NCBI GenBank assembly: GCA_964247055.1
Contig: OZ176057.1
Location: 558,001-622,000, forward strand
DNA: 64,000 bases
Source of the DNA: Paragordius varius
Taxonomy: Eukaryota; Animalia; Nematomorpha
Direction of reading: 5' to 3'
Shown: positions 12,416-25,759 of the stretch, piece by piece
Numbering within the stretch: position 1 is the stretch's first letter
Layout of the letters: each line of letters starts with the position of its first letter
Notes under the pieces: generated by a model
The model's input: only the letters and a program-made list of their open reading frames with translations
What the model was told of the DNA's origin: nothing
Databases searched by the model: none
Made by a program: the position numbers and the translations under genes

Positions 12416-12653
12416 TATATATATTAATGTGACCAGATATTTAGAACCCTGGCGCAGTACAAAATTAAAACATACTTTGCCTATTTTTTAACCGGATTTT
12501 TGGCGTTTTATATTAAATGATATTGTTCGTTACTATTTATAAGCTCATTAGTAACAATTAAAATATCCAACAATAAATTTATTAAAAATTTAATATAAAT
12601 GTATGTACATATAATTTTATATCATATGTTATACATATGGATATATATTAATA

Positions 12654-13219
12654 CTGGCGTAAATCTCGTGCTGCTACGCAGCCCGAGGAAGTTCTTCGGA
12701 CTGGTGGGGCTATTTGAAAAAAGGGACAATAAAATGATCCACATATGTGGATTATTTCGAAACATTATTTAATAGCTATGATCTCATAGGAATTTCAAAA
12801 CGGTGCGTTAATAGTAATATATTGTTTACTTGGGCGAAAAATAGATTCTAACAATTTGAATTTTTTGGAAAAATGGCATTTTACGGGAGGAGCGGGTAAA
12901 AAGAGCGCCTTAATTAAAAAAGCGAGCGGATTATGTTCGGCGCAATCGAATATAAGTAAACAAAAATCGTATTTGAAATTGAATAGTCCAACACGTTTTC
13001 CAGAAAATTCTCTCAAAGACACGATTTTTGTGGACTTCTGTTTTCAAAAAAAATGTTTATTTACACGGGGTAGGCCCGAACTGGGGGCCTAATTCAAAAA
13101 AGGGCTAAGATATTGTCGGGGCATTCATTAATGATTATATTTTTTCGACATTTGGATTTGAATGGATCTACCGGTTTCCCGGAAATAGATCACCAAGCTT
13201 TCCATTTTAAATATATAGA
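12654..13219 (-). mobile_element. Non-autonomous Helitron copy (566 bp), same family as 20761-21335
   Basis: Collinear with the 20761 copy in reverse. 5' end A|TCTATATATTT at 13219; 3' hairpin followed by CCAG|T at 12654. Confidence 0.85.
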
Positions 13220-14506
13220 TTATAATGGTGTGTTTGTTTTAAAAAATGCTAATTTTCAAAAACAATATTATTACCAAATATATGATAACAAAAATAGAGG
13301 GAAACAATATATCTGGTTTTTATAAGATGTTGCTGTGCAGATAAAATTATTCACACACGATCTTATGAAAGTTCTGTTCCATAGCTTTTTAGAAAAAATT
13401 ACTATGCGTTGATGAAAAAAAGATAGGTGAATGGATTGAAAATTATTCAAATGCCGACTTTGCTACAGCGTAAAATTCAATAATTCAAATAGTTCTGAGT
13501 CTACCCAATCAATGGTATATGACGTGACATAATTATTAATAAATAATAATTTTTTTATAATAGTAATAATATCTAAAAATAATAAATTATATATATTTTT
13601 CAGATTTATGTATTTGTCCCAATAATTTATGGTTTTGCGAAATTTTTTCTGAAAAAGCTTCACAATTTTCTTCTCTATTTTTGATTATTTTGCTTTCAAA
13701 GTATATATGAGTTGTGTTTTTCCGTAGTCCATATTTGGTTTATAGGAAAAGGCACGGAAAAGAAAAAATGGAATAAAAATTATTATGTGTTTGTGTGTGC
13801 CAAAATTAAAATAGGTCTATAAATTTGTTTATGCACAAAAGAATTGGCTAAAAATTAAAGTTTAAGGAAGCAAAAAATTAAGGAACATACATCCCGCCCC
13901 AAACATAAAAAAGTTGTTTTATTCCTAGAAAAAAAGGTTATATCGAAACCAAATATAATGTATTTTAAAAATAATATGCGGAAATATAAAAATTTTCCGT
14001 TTGATAATTATAATTAAAGTAAACTCAAATTAATTTAATTTAGCTGAAACTTATATAAAACAAGATGAATTTTCAAAAGATAAAATTACTGAAATATTAA
14101 TTTATTTTTTGTTTATTTTTGAGGTCGCTTTTGCGACGGCCCTGAGTAAAAAGTTGGCTTAAATCTGGAGTCTGATATTGATAGTTCCGCCACTTCGCGA
14201 ATGGCTTCATTCATAAGCGATTTGACCGGTCCAAAACCCAACTCCATGTATAATTAGAGCAGAAAATAAAATATTAAAATTAAAGGCCATAGTTTTTTAC
14301 AGTTAAAAAAAACCATTTATTTATTTTAACTAAGGGTACTCTATCGAATTTTACAAACAAAACTTGTATAAATAAATGGTAATTAAAATATTTATAAAAA
14401 TTTTTTCAAAAAGCAGTACAAAAGTCAGGGCAGTACAGGCGCGGTTTTTTTCGAAAACCCAGTACTGTACTGCGAAAAACAGCCTATCTAGTCACTTTAA
14501 TATATA

Positions 14507-14707
14507 TCATTTACAATTCAAATTCACCCTTGATTTCGGGCTAATATAACTCATCATTCATACTTCATATATTTTTATAGGATAATTTATTAGTTTTTAG
14601 TATTATATTAATTTTAGACAAAATTCATTTTTTGAAAATATATATATTAGTAGATTAAAATTTTAAAAACATAGGGTGAAATTGAATTGTTCGAGTGTGA
14701 ATTTTGG
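14507..14707. mobile_element. Short family A MITE
   Basis: TATA|TCATTTACAATTCAAATTCACCC start; GTGTGAATTTTGG|TATA end. Confidence 0.65.
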
Positions 14708-17120
14708 TATATATATAATCATATTTGAAAATCGCTATAATTATATTTTAATATATAAGCAATTGATTGATTTATTTTGCGTTATTTATTATGAAATTTA
14801 AAATATTTCCAAGGGCGTTTATGATATATCCCAGGTATAAATATAGTGATTAAGGCTAAATTTAAAAATTAAAATATAATATACCAATACCGTATAAAAG
14901 CCAAAAATTCTCAAATGAACCCAAATATATTATGGTCGCGTAAATTAAAAATGTAAATGCCAAAAACTAAATATTATCATTTCAAATTTTTGTAAACTAA
15001 AATTGGTGATTTCTTTTGATAATGATTTACAGAGTATTTTGCGGTAAATATAGCATCTTTCAAATAACTAAAAGCGGTATAAAATGCATTATATTTCATT
15101 TCTAATTCGTGATCCCTAAAATATATAAACAAAAAATTTAACCAAGTAAGGTTATATTTAGCAGCCAGATAAGGCGTAATGAGATCAATTACCCAAACTG
15201 TAATAAGTATGTAAGATATTAACGATAATAAATTGCAAATTAAACATAATCTATATAGTGTAATTTATATAAAATACCCAAAAATAATGGATACAAATAT
15301 AAAAAGATAGAGAGGATAGATATATTTTTGCCATATTAAAATTTCGTACAATTTTACAATTACAAATTTTTCGCAGTTGTTTTCAGGACGCATTGAAAAA
15401 TCATATTAGTTTTTATATTAGGTAATTTCAATAGGTGGTTTATTTAGACAGATAGTAATAAAAGGCAAATAAAAAAATTTTGTATCAAATGTGTTAACGA
15501 TTAATATATATGATCCAAAATTATATTATTAGAAGTGAAGTCAAGTTTTTTAATACTTAGGCTTCTTGAAAAAATATTTATCATTAAATATATATAATAT
15601 CTGGTGAATTCATTGCCATTTTTCGACAACATTCAATACGGTTACAAAATTATAACGATAAAATAAGTTGGGGAAGTCCCCAGTCCATAATTTATATATA
15701 TATATATTTGAAGACGACTTCAATAATTTCTGTATTTTTATAGTATAAACATGGATAGCCAAAATCCAAATAAAATTTAGTTTTGCGAAAAAAATTCATA
15801 TCAAACTGCTTGGAGGTCATTTATAATTTACAAACTCCAATATATTGTGTTTTTAACACCTAAACACAACAGATTTATAGTCCTCTAATGCAATCTTAGT
15901 TCTATACGCCAGGCTTGTAAAGAAATATGAACTTAATTGTAAACATGGAAAAAGTTTGCACTTATATAACATTAATAAACCGAAATATAAAAAAAATTAT
16001 TTAAATTCTTGATATAAATTATTTTAAGATAAAATTCAAAAGTAAAAATTTAGTCAATATCACTTGTCTTTTAGCTAAATTAATTATACAATATTAACCA
16101 CTTTTTTGATAATATTAATGTAAAATTTGATTTAAATAGAAAATTAGCTTTAGTTTTAGTTTAAAATTAAATAAACATCATATTTCACAACATGTAAAAT
16201 AAAGACAGCGTCGCATTAGTTTGATATGGAACTTTTTTCAAAACTGAATTTTTGGATGTTAGGATAGAAGCATAAATCATAATAGGATTGTTTCTTTCAC
16301 GATCTTTTTCGGGTATCTGGACCAATTTGAATAAAAGTCGCAAAAATTTAATTTGATTTAATAAAAATTATATCTCACATTAAGATAAACAGAAAAAATT
16401 GGCCAAATTTTTTACCTAAGTCCATAAATATCTATTTTTCCGATAAATCCTTATATCTGCATCCATGTTATATGTACGAATTAAATAAGTCAAATATAAT
16501 ATTTTTAGTAATATTTCATGTTTTACAAGTTTGGGGTTCCCAACGCCCCAATATGTGTGTTATTAACGTGTAATTGTTTTTTAAATTTAATCAAAATGTA
16601 AAATTTACATATTGATTGATGAAGCACTCATATCATCCTAAAGCCTTTATATCAGTGGGGTTAGCGGCCCCTATTACATGCTGCTAAAAGTGCTTTAGGT
16701 TCTGATTTATTTATATCTTTCGATGCACTATCTGAAAATAGTCAAGGAGCTATAAACTTTTCAGCAGCTACTTGATGCTGGCCCATAAGACAAGTAATAG
16801 GTTCTTGAAGCTCTTTAATATTGATGAGTGCCCTAATTTATGAATATCCAATTTAAAATGTAGAACATCGATGATGGGAGGAACACTTTTGAGGCATAAA
16901 ATATTAATTTTAACAGGCAGGGATGGATTGTCAATTACTCCGATTTGTGGCGAAGGAGATACGATTTGTATTTGCAAAAGAAAATAACGAAATGGATAAA
17001 TTTTTTTAATAAATTGGGTTGAGCTATGGTCACAAAAAACATGTAAAGCACAATCTCCATGGGGCCCTAATAATGCTTTATTGTGAACCTAAATGTTATA
17101 TAATATTTTTTATGTATTAA

Positions 17121-18327
17121 CATCTTGAAAATTGGGGTATCTAAATACCCCAGATTAAATTTGAGTTAGGATTTTTAAAAAAATTTTTAAAGAAACGATC
17201 CCAATTTAAAATGCTTCTATCCTAATAAAAATTATATAAATATGCCTGAATATCTGAATATATCTTTAAAAAAAGTTCCATGTCAAACTTCTTCGACTCC
17301 CATTTTATTTTACAAATTTTTTGCAAAATATCGTCTTCATTTAATTTTAAAAATAAAATTAAAATTAATATTTTATTTAAATTACATCTAACATTGATAG
17401 AAATAGAAAAAGCTGTTTATGTCACGTTGACTATATTTTTACCTTTCGGTTTTAGCTTAAAGTAAATAATATCTCGGTTTTAGCTTAAATAAGTAATCAA
17501 GTATTTTTGAATAAATTTTTTATCTATTTCGGAATATTAATGATATATATGTGCAAAATTTTGCCACGGTTTTGATTCCTTCTTTTTAAAGAATTTAATT
17601 TTAAACAGGTCTGGGGTATTTAACTACCCCAATTTAAATTGAAGGATATTTTGAATATAAATTTCGGTAAAGGTGTTGAATAGCTGAAAATTGTTTTCGG
17701 TATTATATGTGCACGTCTCTTGAGGCATGATACTTTTTTTGAATGCCTTTGCTGAGTGGAAATCTCTTTTTATTAAATTATATCAACTGATTTAACACTT
17801 CAATTCAAATTGGGGTATCTAAATACCCCAGATTCAATTTAAGTTAGGATTTTTGAAAAACTACTGATGGAAACGGTCTAAATTTATGCTTCTATCCTAA
17901 TACAAATTATATAAATATGCCAAATAAATATTTTGTTTTGAAAAAAAAGTTCCTGTCAAACTTCTTCGACGCCATTTTTATTTTACAAATTTTTTGCAAT
18001 ATATCGTCTTCATTTAATTTTAAGGGTAAAATAAAGCTAATTTTTTATATAAATTACATCTAACATTGATAGAAATAGAAAAAGCGGTTTAGTTTGTATA
18101 ATTTTTCCATTTTAAAATTTGACACATGCCACGATGACAAGTTTCACCTTTCGGTTTTAGCTTAAAATAAGTAATATCAAGTGTTTTTGAATAAAATTTT
18201 TTATATTTCGGTTTGTTAATGTTAGATAAGTTCAAAATTTTGCCATGGTTTTTCCTTCTATATTTTTTAAAGAATTTAATTTTAAACAAGCCTGGGGTAT
18301 CCAACTACCCCAATTTGAATCGAAGGA
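17121..18327. mobile_element. Two tandem piggyBac-like (TTAA) MITEs, family E (17121-17646 and 17796-18327)
   Basis: TTAA|CACTTCAATTCAAATTGGGGTATCTAAATACCCCAG start and CTGGGGTATCCAACTACCCCAATTTGAATCGAAGGA end. The two copies are collinear over ~520 bp. Confidence 0.8.
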
Positions 18328-18430
18328 CTAAAATGACTGTGTTGTATCCAAGTGTTAATGGATAAGCTAGATTTATTATTATTTGATCGACTGATCAAGT
18401 GTTTGAACAAATATTATCATACCTATAAAA

Positions 18431-21400
18431 ATGGTTATCTTAAGGGAAGAGTTTTCTGATGCAAACAGGACGGGTCACATAATAAATCATGAAGCAACTC
18501 TCTATTTAAACGATGTTAATTTTGGTTTAGGAAATCTCAGTATCAATTCAGAGTATTACAAATATATATTATATTAAAATTTAGTGTCATAAAATGGGTT
18601 AATGCTCAAAATCAAGGTCTCGTTTTAAATTACCTAAGTATTGGAGCTCATGGGATTTGTAGGGATAAATCACGTATCCCAGAGGAATGTTTATGTCTTT
18701 TTTATTCAAAAAAAGTGGAAAAACTTTCAGATTTTAATAACTCCTCTACTTTAACATTTGATTCGGCAACTAATTCAAATACTCAAACTGAGAATGATGA
18801 TGATAATTCTATAGATTCGAATGACGAAGAATGCACAAATATATTTTTTGCCCCAAAAGATAAAGGACTCCGTAAGATTATTTACCCAAAAATCGGCAAA
18901 TTGATTGAATTTGTCAAGAATTCGCTTTTTTACTATCAAATTACAGAATTATTTAAATATTTGTTTTTTCTTTTACCAATGCTAATTCAAACATAATAAT
19001 TTTTAATGGTTCAGCATAATTTTTAATAATTGGCTTGCTTTTCATATAGTTAAGGATTATAATAATTATCGATTTCGCCATTTTATTTTATGTTTTAAGT
19101 TATTTTAAATTGTATTTTGACAAAATTTTTATAATTTCTTTAATTTCAAAATTTTAATATGTTTGTACAATCTATAATATAACTTGTTTAAAAAACAACT
19201 TGAAAATTAAATTATATAATACTTCATATCATATGCAAATTTATTTAAAAACGTGTCATATAAAATAAATATAAATAATTGACTCTTCAGTTTTAGACCT
19301 TAAAAGGATGTCCATCTTTCTCAGCGTTAAAAAATATGAATTGAAATGGGGACAATTGTTGTTCCTTGTATACAATTAAAAAAATATTTATTGTCGCTCT
19401 CTTTTATATACCATTTACAGTTCATATTCCCCCTTGAACAATTCAAATTTACCTCTAAACAATTCAAATTCACTCTAAAAATAAATTATGTGTTTTCGAA
19501 CTATCATAACCTATTATCAATATGAAATATATGTTAATGGTATAGTTTATTATTTTTTCAGTATTATTTTAATTTAAAACAAAATTTTTGTTTTGTTTAT
19601 AAAATATAGGTAATTTTTATTCTTAATAAACATATATTTTATTTGAGGGTGAATTTGAATTGTTTGAGGGTTAATTTGAATTGTTCAAGGAGTGAATTTG
19701 AATTTTTTAAGGGTGAATTTGAATTGTTTAAGGTGAATACAATTGTTTAAGGGTGAATTTGTATTGTTTAAGGGTGAATTTGAATAGTTTAAGGGTGAAA
19801 TTGAATTGTAAATAGTATATTAAATAATAAGTTAAAACCGTTTGTCATCCAGATCGGGGTTGAAATATCATGTCCAACAAATAATTTATCAAATTTACAA
19901 GACACAAGTTGTTAAAACTAATGGGGAAAAAACAAAAAAAAATTTAACTAATTTCTGTACATTTAATAGAATTTTATTTTTTACGTGGCGAAAATGAAAT
20001 ATATTCTATACAATATTTATAATTATTGATGCTTTTTTCAGAATGATATATTAATATATATTATATATAATATATTATTAACAATTTAAATTTTCCATTT
20101 ATATATATCTGAATTTATATTTATATAGTTGATGCAATGTATAAAAGTGTACGCGAATTCCAAAAATTTCACCCGGACCCATCTGATGAAAATCAATCAG
20201 ATTCATCGGACGACGACGAGATGGCGCATGATAACGAGATCAGCTGTTCTGAATTTCCAACAGGTAATGAAATGGAAATGTTAGAGAATGATTTTGAAAC
20301 TCAAACAAATATACGGACTGCTCGTCAACGAAATTTGTTTCAAAATGGTATATTTATTTTTTTATTTAATTTAAACAAGTAGTAGCTATTTTTTTGTTTT
20401 CATTTTTGAAAATATACATGTGAAAATGTTAAAAATCTATAAAGAATATTGTTGAAAATGACCTAAAATATATTAAAATTACAGATATTTCAAATCTTTA
20501 ATTGAATTTGCTAAGAAAAGTTAAATTATGTTAAGAATTATTTATTAAAAAAATGCTATTTTAAATAAATTAAATAGAATCCTTTTCATAAAAAAATAAT
20601 TTACTCGAGAGTAATTTCAAGATTTTTGTAAAATTTGCATTTTTCTATACTTTTATTTGGAAACAAATAATTATACATAAGTTTCACAATCAATACCAAA
20701 AATATATTACCTTTTATGCCTAACAGTAGTAAAATAAAATTATATACGGACATAACGTAATCTATATATTTATAAAAATGGAAAATGTTGGCTTTGTGAT
20801 CTGGTACTGAAAAACCGGTGAACCCATTCAAATCCAAACATCGAAAAAATTTAATCATTAATGAATGCCTCGACAATAGCTTCGCCCTTTTTTTGAAATA
20901 GGCCCCCAGTTCGGGCCCACCCCGTATAAAAAACAGGTTTTTTTTGAAAACAGAAGTCCACAAAAATCGTGTCTTTGAGACAATTTTCTGGAGAACGTGT
21001 TGGTCCATTCTATTTCAAATATAATTTTTGTTTACTTATTTTCGTTTGCGCCGAACATAGTCCTCTCGCTTTTTTGGGCACTCTTTTTACACGCTCCCCC
21101 TGTAAAATGCCACCTTTTTCAAAAAACAAAGTCCACAAAAATAATTAAATCTATTTTTCCCTCAATTAAACAATATATTAGTATGAATGCTCCGTTTTAA
21201 AATTCCTATAAAATCATATCTATTAAATAATGTTTCAAAGTGGATCATTTTATCGTCCCGTTTTTCCAATAGCCCTCCCCCCCAGAAGTCCGAAGGACTT
21301 CCTCGGGCTGCGTCGCAGCACGAGATTTACGCTAGTATTAAATAAACGACAATCAATTACTGCTAAAAAACAACCATACCTTATTTAAAATATACCATTT

Positions 21401-24076
21401 ACATCTCGAATTCACTCTTAAATAATTCAAAATCTCTGTCCTAAATTATTTTTTTGATATTAAAAATTACCTATATTTTATATTTTGAAATAATGCAATT
21501 TTGTTTAAATCTCAAATAATGCTGAAAAAATAATAAATTATGCCACAAAGATATATTCCATTTTATTATAATGATGTGTTATATTAGCGGCCCGAAAACA
21601 CATAATTTATTTTTAGGGTAAATTTGAATTGTTTAAGGGTGAATTTGGATAAATGATCTATTTATAACCAATTTTCAACTTTATTTCATACTTTGCAATT
21701 TAAAACAACGACAGTTTTATTACTAAAAATAAGTTTTTTAAAAATTATGTTATTTTTCTTTGAAAAAAAGGATATGTCTTTTGATTTTTACATTTTGACC
21801 GTATATAGTTTTAATCACATTGTTTAAATGACAACAAAATTGTGTAATAATTTTAAATATTTTTAAACGAAATATATATTTTTAATTTTATTTTATATGT
21901 ATTAATTTTTTTATAATAATTATTTTTTTCATTTTAATAAACTTATAATAAATTTTTTTTCAATTTAAAAAAATATTATTTTTATTCAAGCTTGGCAAGC
22001 CCCAAATTTCGATGCTGATGGACAATTAATATACAATAATAACACAAATAATGGTATATAAAATTAATTTGATAATTTTTTTATTAATTTTATAATAAAT
22101 TTATATATACTTTTTGATTTTTTAACACTAAAAAAATATATTTAATATTAAAAAAATTTATTTTTTAATTTTTTTAACAATTATTCATTTTAATGGTTCT
22201 TGCTTAATTAACTCTATAGTAGGGTAATTTTCAACACGCAACAGTAGTTATGAAAAAAAGAAAGGAAATAATTGTTTATTCATACCATTTTGTTGTTTTT
22301 TCCATACACTACTGTGTTGTGTTAAATAGAAAGAACCATAAAATGCATATTTGTAATATATCCATTCAATAAATATTATATACCATTTCCCAGTCTAAAT
22401 AAACGTTTTCCCAGTCTATCGAAACATTTTCCCAATCAATCGAAACGTTTTCCCAGTCAATCGAAACATTTTCCCAGTCAATCGAAACATTTTCCCAGTC
22501 AATTAAAACATTTTCCCAATCAATAAAAACATTTTCCCGATCAATAAAAACGGTTTTATTTTTGATGATAAATATCAAAACAATATCAAAACAACTTTTA
22601 ACCATTATCAGCGTAATATTAGGATATTATTTTTTTATAAAAACACAATTATTGAATGACAATTTACCAAGTATTCCAGTGCACCATTAATGACTTATTC
22701 TTTAAAAATTATATTTTTGGAATTTGAGATGTTTTAAAGATAATATTTTTTATTTTATTGATGGTTCGCCATAATAATTGCCGAACGCTTTAAAACAGTT
22801 TTTAAACATGTCAAGTTTTTCCATAAAAATACTGTCGGAAAAATATCTAAATTTAAAAATATTTAATAAAAAGATATTTGACTGAAACAGGGGTGTTTAA
22901 CCAAATGGCTTCGCGGGCCGGATTACTTAAAAAGCACGGCGTTCCGCATTCGATATATTTCATAAAAAAATTTTCGATTAGACATAAAACTGTAAAATAC
23001 AAAATAACAATTTTTTTAATTTGTTACCAATATAGAATCATTCAGAATAATTGCGTTAAAAGTATGAATATTACTAAGAATATGTGGACATATTTTTGCA
23101 TATGGATTTCTAAATGTTTAGCAAGCCGCACAATGATACTCGGCAAGCCGCGTTGGTAACCCGATAAACCAAATGATAAATATTATAAAATTAGGGTAAA
23201 ATTTATGTTTTAGATCCAATATGAAGTGTTAAATAACCTTTGAGATAAAATTGATATATTATTTTTATTTTTAATATTTATCCGTAACTATAGATTTTGT
23301 AAGTTAGCCGCAAATAATGCGAACCATCAATAAAATAATAAATATTATCTTAAAAACATCTCAAATTCCAAAAATATAATTTTTAAAGAATAAGTTATTA
23401 ATGATTGTGCACTGGTATATATTTGGAAAAATTGTCATTCAATAACTGTGTTTTTATAAAAAATAATATCCATTTATTACGCTGATAATGGTTAAAAGCT
23501 ATTATTATGTCTTGGTTTGATATTTACCATCAAAAATAAAACCGTTTTTATTGATTGGGAAAACGTTTTTATTGATTGGGAAAATGTTTTTATTGACTGG
23601 GAAAATGTTTCGATTGATTGGGAAAATGTTTCGATTGATTGGGAAAACGTTTCGATTGATTGGGAAAACGTTTCGATTGACTGGGAAAACGTTTCGATTG
23701 ACTGGGAAAATGTTTCGATTGACTGGGAAAATGTTTTGATTGACTGGGAAAACGTTTATTTAGACTGGGAAATGGTATATTTGAAATAAATTTTTAATAT
23801 ATATATATATATAATTTATATTTAAATTATTAACACCAAAAATAATTATTTAATTTGAAAACTATATATCATACTAGTAGAATGTTAACTTTTTAAGCCC
23901 ACATTATTTTATTTAGACATAATTTTAAAGAATCTTAAAGTTTAATTCTTGAATCATTTATAATTTAATCTTGTATTAAATAATATTTTAAATTAAAATT
24001 ACAAAAATTTTAATTTATATTTATATTTTTTTTAGCCAATGATGATGAGGATTGGGAACCAAATAACAATTCTTAA
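18431..24076 (+). CDS. CLNS1A: Methylosome subunit pICln (chloride nucleotide-sensitive channel 1A), 243 aa
   Basis: Exons 18431-18552, 18585-18871, 20129-20347, 21991-22053, 24036-24076 (732 nt, in frame). EATLYLNDVNFGLGNLSI, IKWVNAQNQGLVLNYLSIGAHGICRD and LDAMYKSVREFQKFHPDPSDE match the ICln motifs (LSWLDGSGLGFSLEYPTISLHALSRD; LEAMFTAMCECQALHPDPEDE). The last two exons are assigned by phase only. Confidence 0.9.
19411..19815. mobile_element. Family A MITE in CLNS1A intron 2
   Basis: TATA-flanked TIRs; 2-3 array units on the left and ~8 on the right. Confidence 0.88.
20761..21335 (+). mobile_element. Complete non-autonomous Helitron (575 bp) in CLNS1A intron 3
   Basis: Starts A|TCTATATATTTATAAAAATGG and ends GCTGCG-T-CGCAGC hairpin + 12 nt + CTAG|T: canonical Helitron termini, AT target, no TSD. 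Confidence 0.88.
21395..21656. mobile_element. Family A MITE in CLNS1A intron 3
   Basis: TATA|CCATTTACA start; degenerate GGGTGAATTTGGATAAATGA end. Confidence 0.7.
22383..23775. mobile_element. Foldback-type element, family C (CCATTTCCCAG termini), in CLNS1A intron 4
   Basis: Perfect 34-bp TIR CCATTTCCCAGTCTAAATAAACGTTTTCCCAGTC flanked by TATA on both sides. 21-bp arrays (TTTTCCCAGTCAATCGAAACA) in both arms. Imperfect inverted arms ~390-450 bp around a ~550-bp loop. Confidence 0.9.
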
Positions 24077-24215
24077 ATATTAAATAAAATATTTTTTTCC
24101 ATAAATTACTAAAAAAACATTTTGGTAACATTTACTATTGTTTTTTTGTCTGTTCATATTAATTTTAAAATAAATTTTATGCATCATAATCAAATATTAA
24201 ATATATGGATATATA

Positions 24216-24471
24216 CCATTTACAGTTCAAATTCCCCCTTGAATAATTCAATTACACATCCCGAAAATAAATTTTCGGGCTAATATAACTTATCATTATA
24301 ATGAAATATATCTTTATGACATAGTTTATTAATTTTTTAATAGTATCATTTAAATTTTAAACGAATTTGTTTTAAAAAATATATGGAAAAATATAAGTAA
24401 TTTTTTATCTCAAAAAAGACAATTTATTATGGAATTTGAATTGTTCAAGGGTGAATTAGAAATGTAAATGG
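24216..24471. mobile_element. Family A MITE
   Basis: TATA|CCATTTACAGTTCAAATTCCCC ... GTAAATGG|TATA. Confidence 0.85.
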
Positions 24472-24999
24472 TATATCTACATATGTATTTTGGAGTTTTT
24501 TTAAAAAAAAATAAATTTGAAATAATTTTAATATATTTCCATGTATTATTTGGATATAATTTTTTTGCAAATAATTATTATTTAATTCTTTTATCTGACA
24601 TCAAATAAAATTTATCATTTCATTAAAATCTTTATAGTTTTAACAAATATTTTAGATTTTTTTAAAAATATAAATATTTTTTCAAAAATATTTCAACCAT
24701 TTAAAAATATCAAATTTTAAAATAACCTTTTTCAGATGAACAAGTAATGTAAAGTTCATTAAATTAATTTTTAAACATAATTCCCTTTTTGGCAAAAAAA
24801 AACTTCTAGAAAGATTCTAGCGCCCTTCCAAGTAATATCATGTGCCGTCCGCGGGATAATTCAACTACAAAAATTTACCCAAAATTAAGTTAAAAAAATT
24901 TTCTGAATAAAATGATTCTTTATAAATCTTGGCATTGAACCAGCTAAAGAGTTTAATATAATGAGTAGTTTTTACAGGTCTATGTATAAATTATATATA

Positions 25000-25282
25000 C
25001 CATTTACAATTCAAATTCATCCTCGGGCAATTCAAATTCACCCTAAAAATAAATTATGAAACTTTGGTTTAATATAACTCATCATTTAAATTAAATATAT
25101 TTTTATGGCAAAGTTTATTAATTTTAAAGTTTTATTTTGATTACATACAAAATTTCTTTTTTTATAAATATAAAAAATATAGCTAATATATAATCTTAAA
25201 AAACACGTAATTATTATAAGGTGAATTTAAATTGTTGGAGGGTGAATTTGAATTGTTTAAGGGTGAATTTGAACTGTAAATG
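25000..25282. mobile_element. Family A MITE
   Basis: TATA|CCATTTACAATTC ... GGGTGAATTTGAACTGTAAATG. Confidence 0.8.
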
Positions 25283-25759
25283 AAAATTTAAATTATACAA
25301 ACAAAACTTTTAAATATAAACACAAATATTTTTTCCCAAAAGACAACACTACTTTTTTATTTTGTTTTTTTAATATAACTCATTGTTTTGAACAACAAAA
25401 AAGTATAATATAAAAATGTCAATTGGTAACACAATCAATTTGTTTTTACGATTGTATATATGTTTTTTATTTAGAAGAAATTAAGGATTAAAAAGTATGG
25501 TTGTCTTTTGGAAATTTGTCATTATATTTTTACATTCTGTCCGTATAATTTAAGTTTTTACTGTATATTAATATATTAAATTTCAAATAGTTAAGTCACT
25601 TGTGTTGGACACCCGTGGTCTTGAGTAAAACATAATTTATATTGTATGAAAAAAATGTCATTTATTGACTAAAACAATTAATTTGAAACTGAAAAAAAAA
25701 CATTGATTTGAAACAAATTATATGTGTACTGTTTATTAAATTTTATATATAAAAAAAAA

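Noticed and set aside
16740-16985. Alternative genetic code (TGA read-through) to rescue interrupted frames
   Set aside because: All well-supported genes here translate cleanly with the standard code and contain no in-frame TGA.
23540-23775. Regular direct repeats resembling a CRISPR array
   Set aside because: The units are contiguous with no unique spacers, form the arm of an inverted-repeat element, there are no cas genes, and the context is eukaryotic.
8253-24076. Functional cluster of splicing genes (PPIH + CLNS1A)
   Set aside because: Two housekeeping genes 8 kb apart is compatible with chance; no shared regulatory signal was seen.
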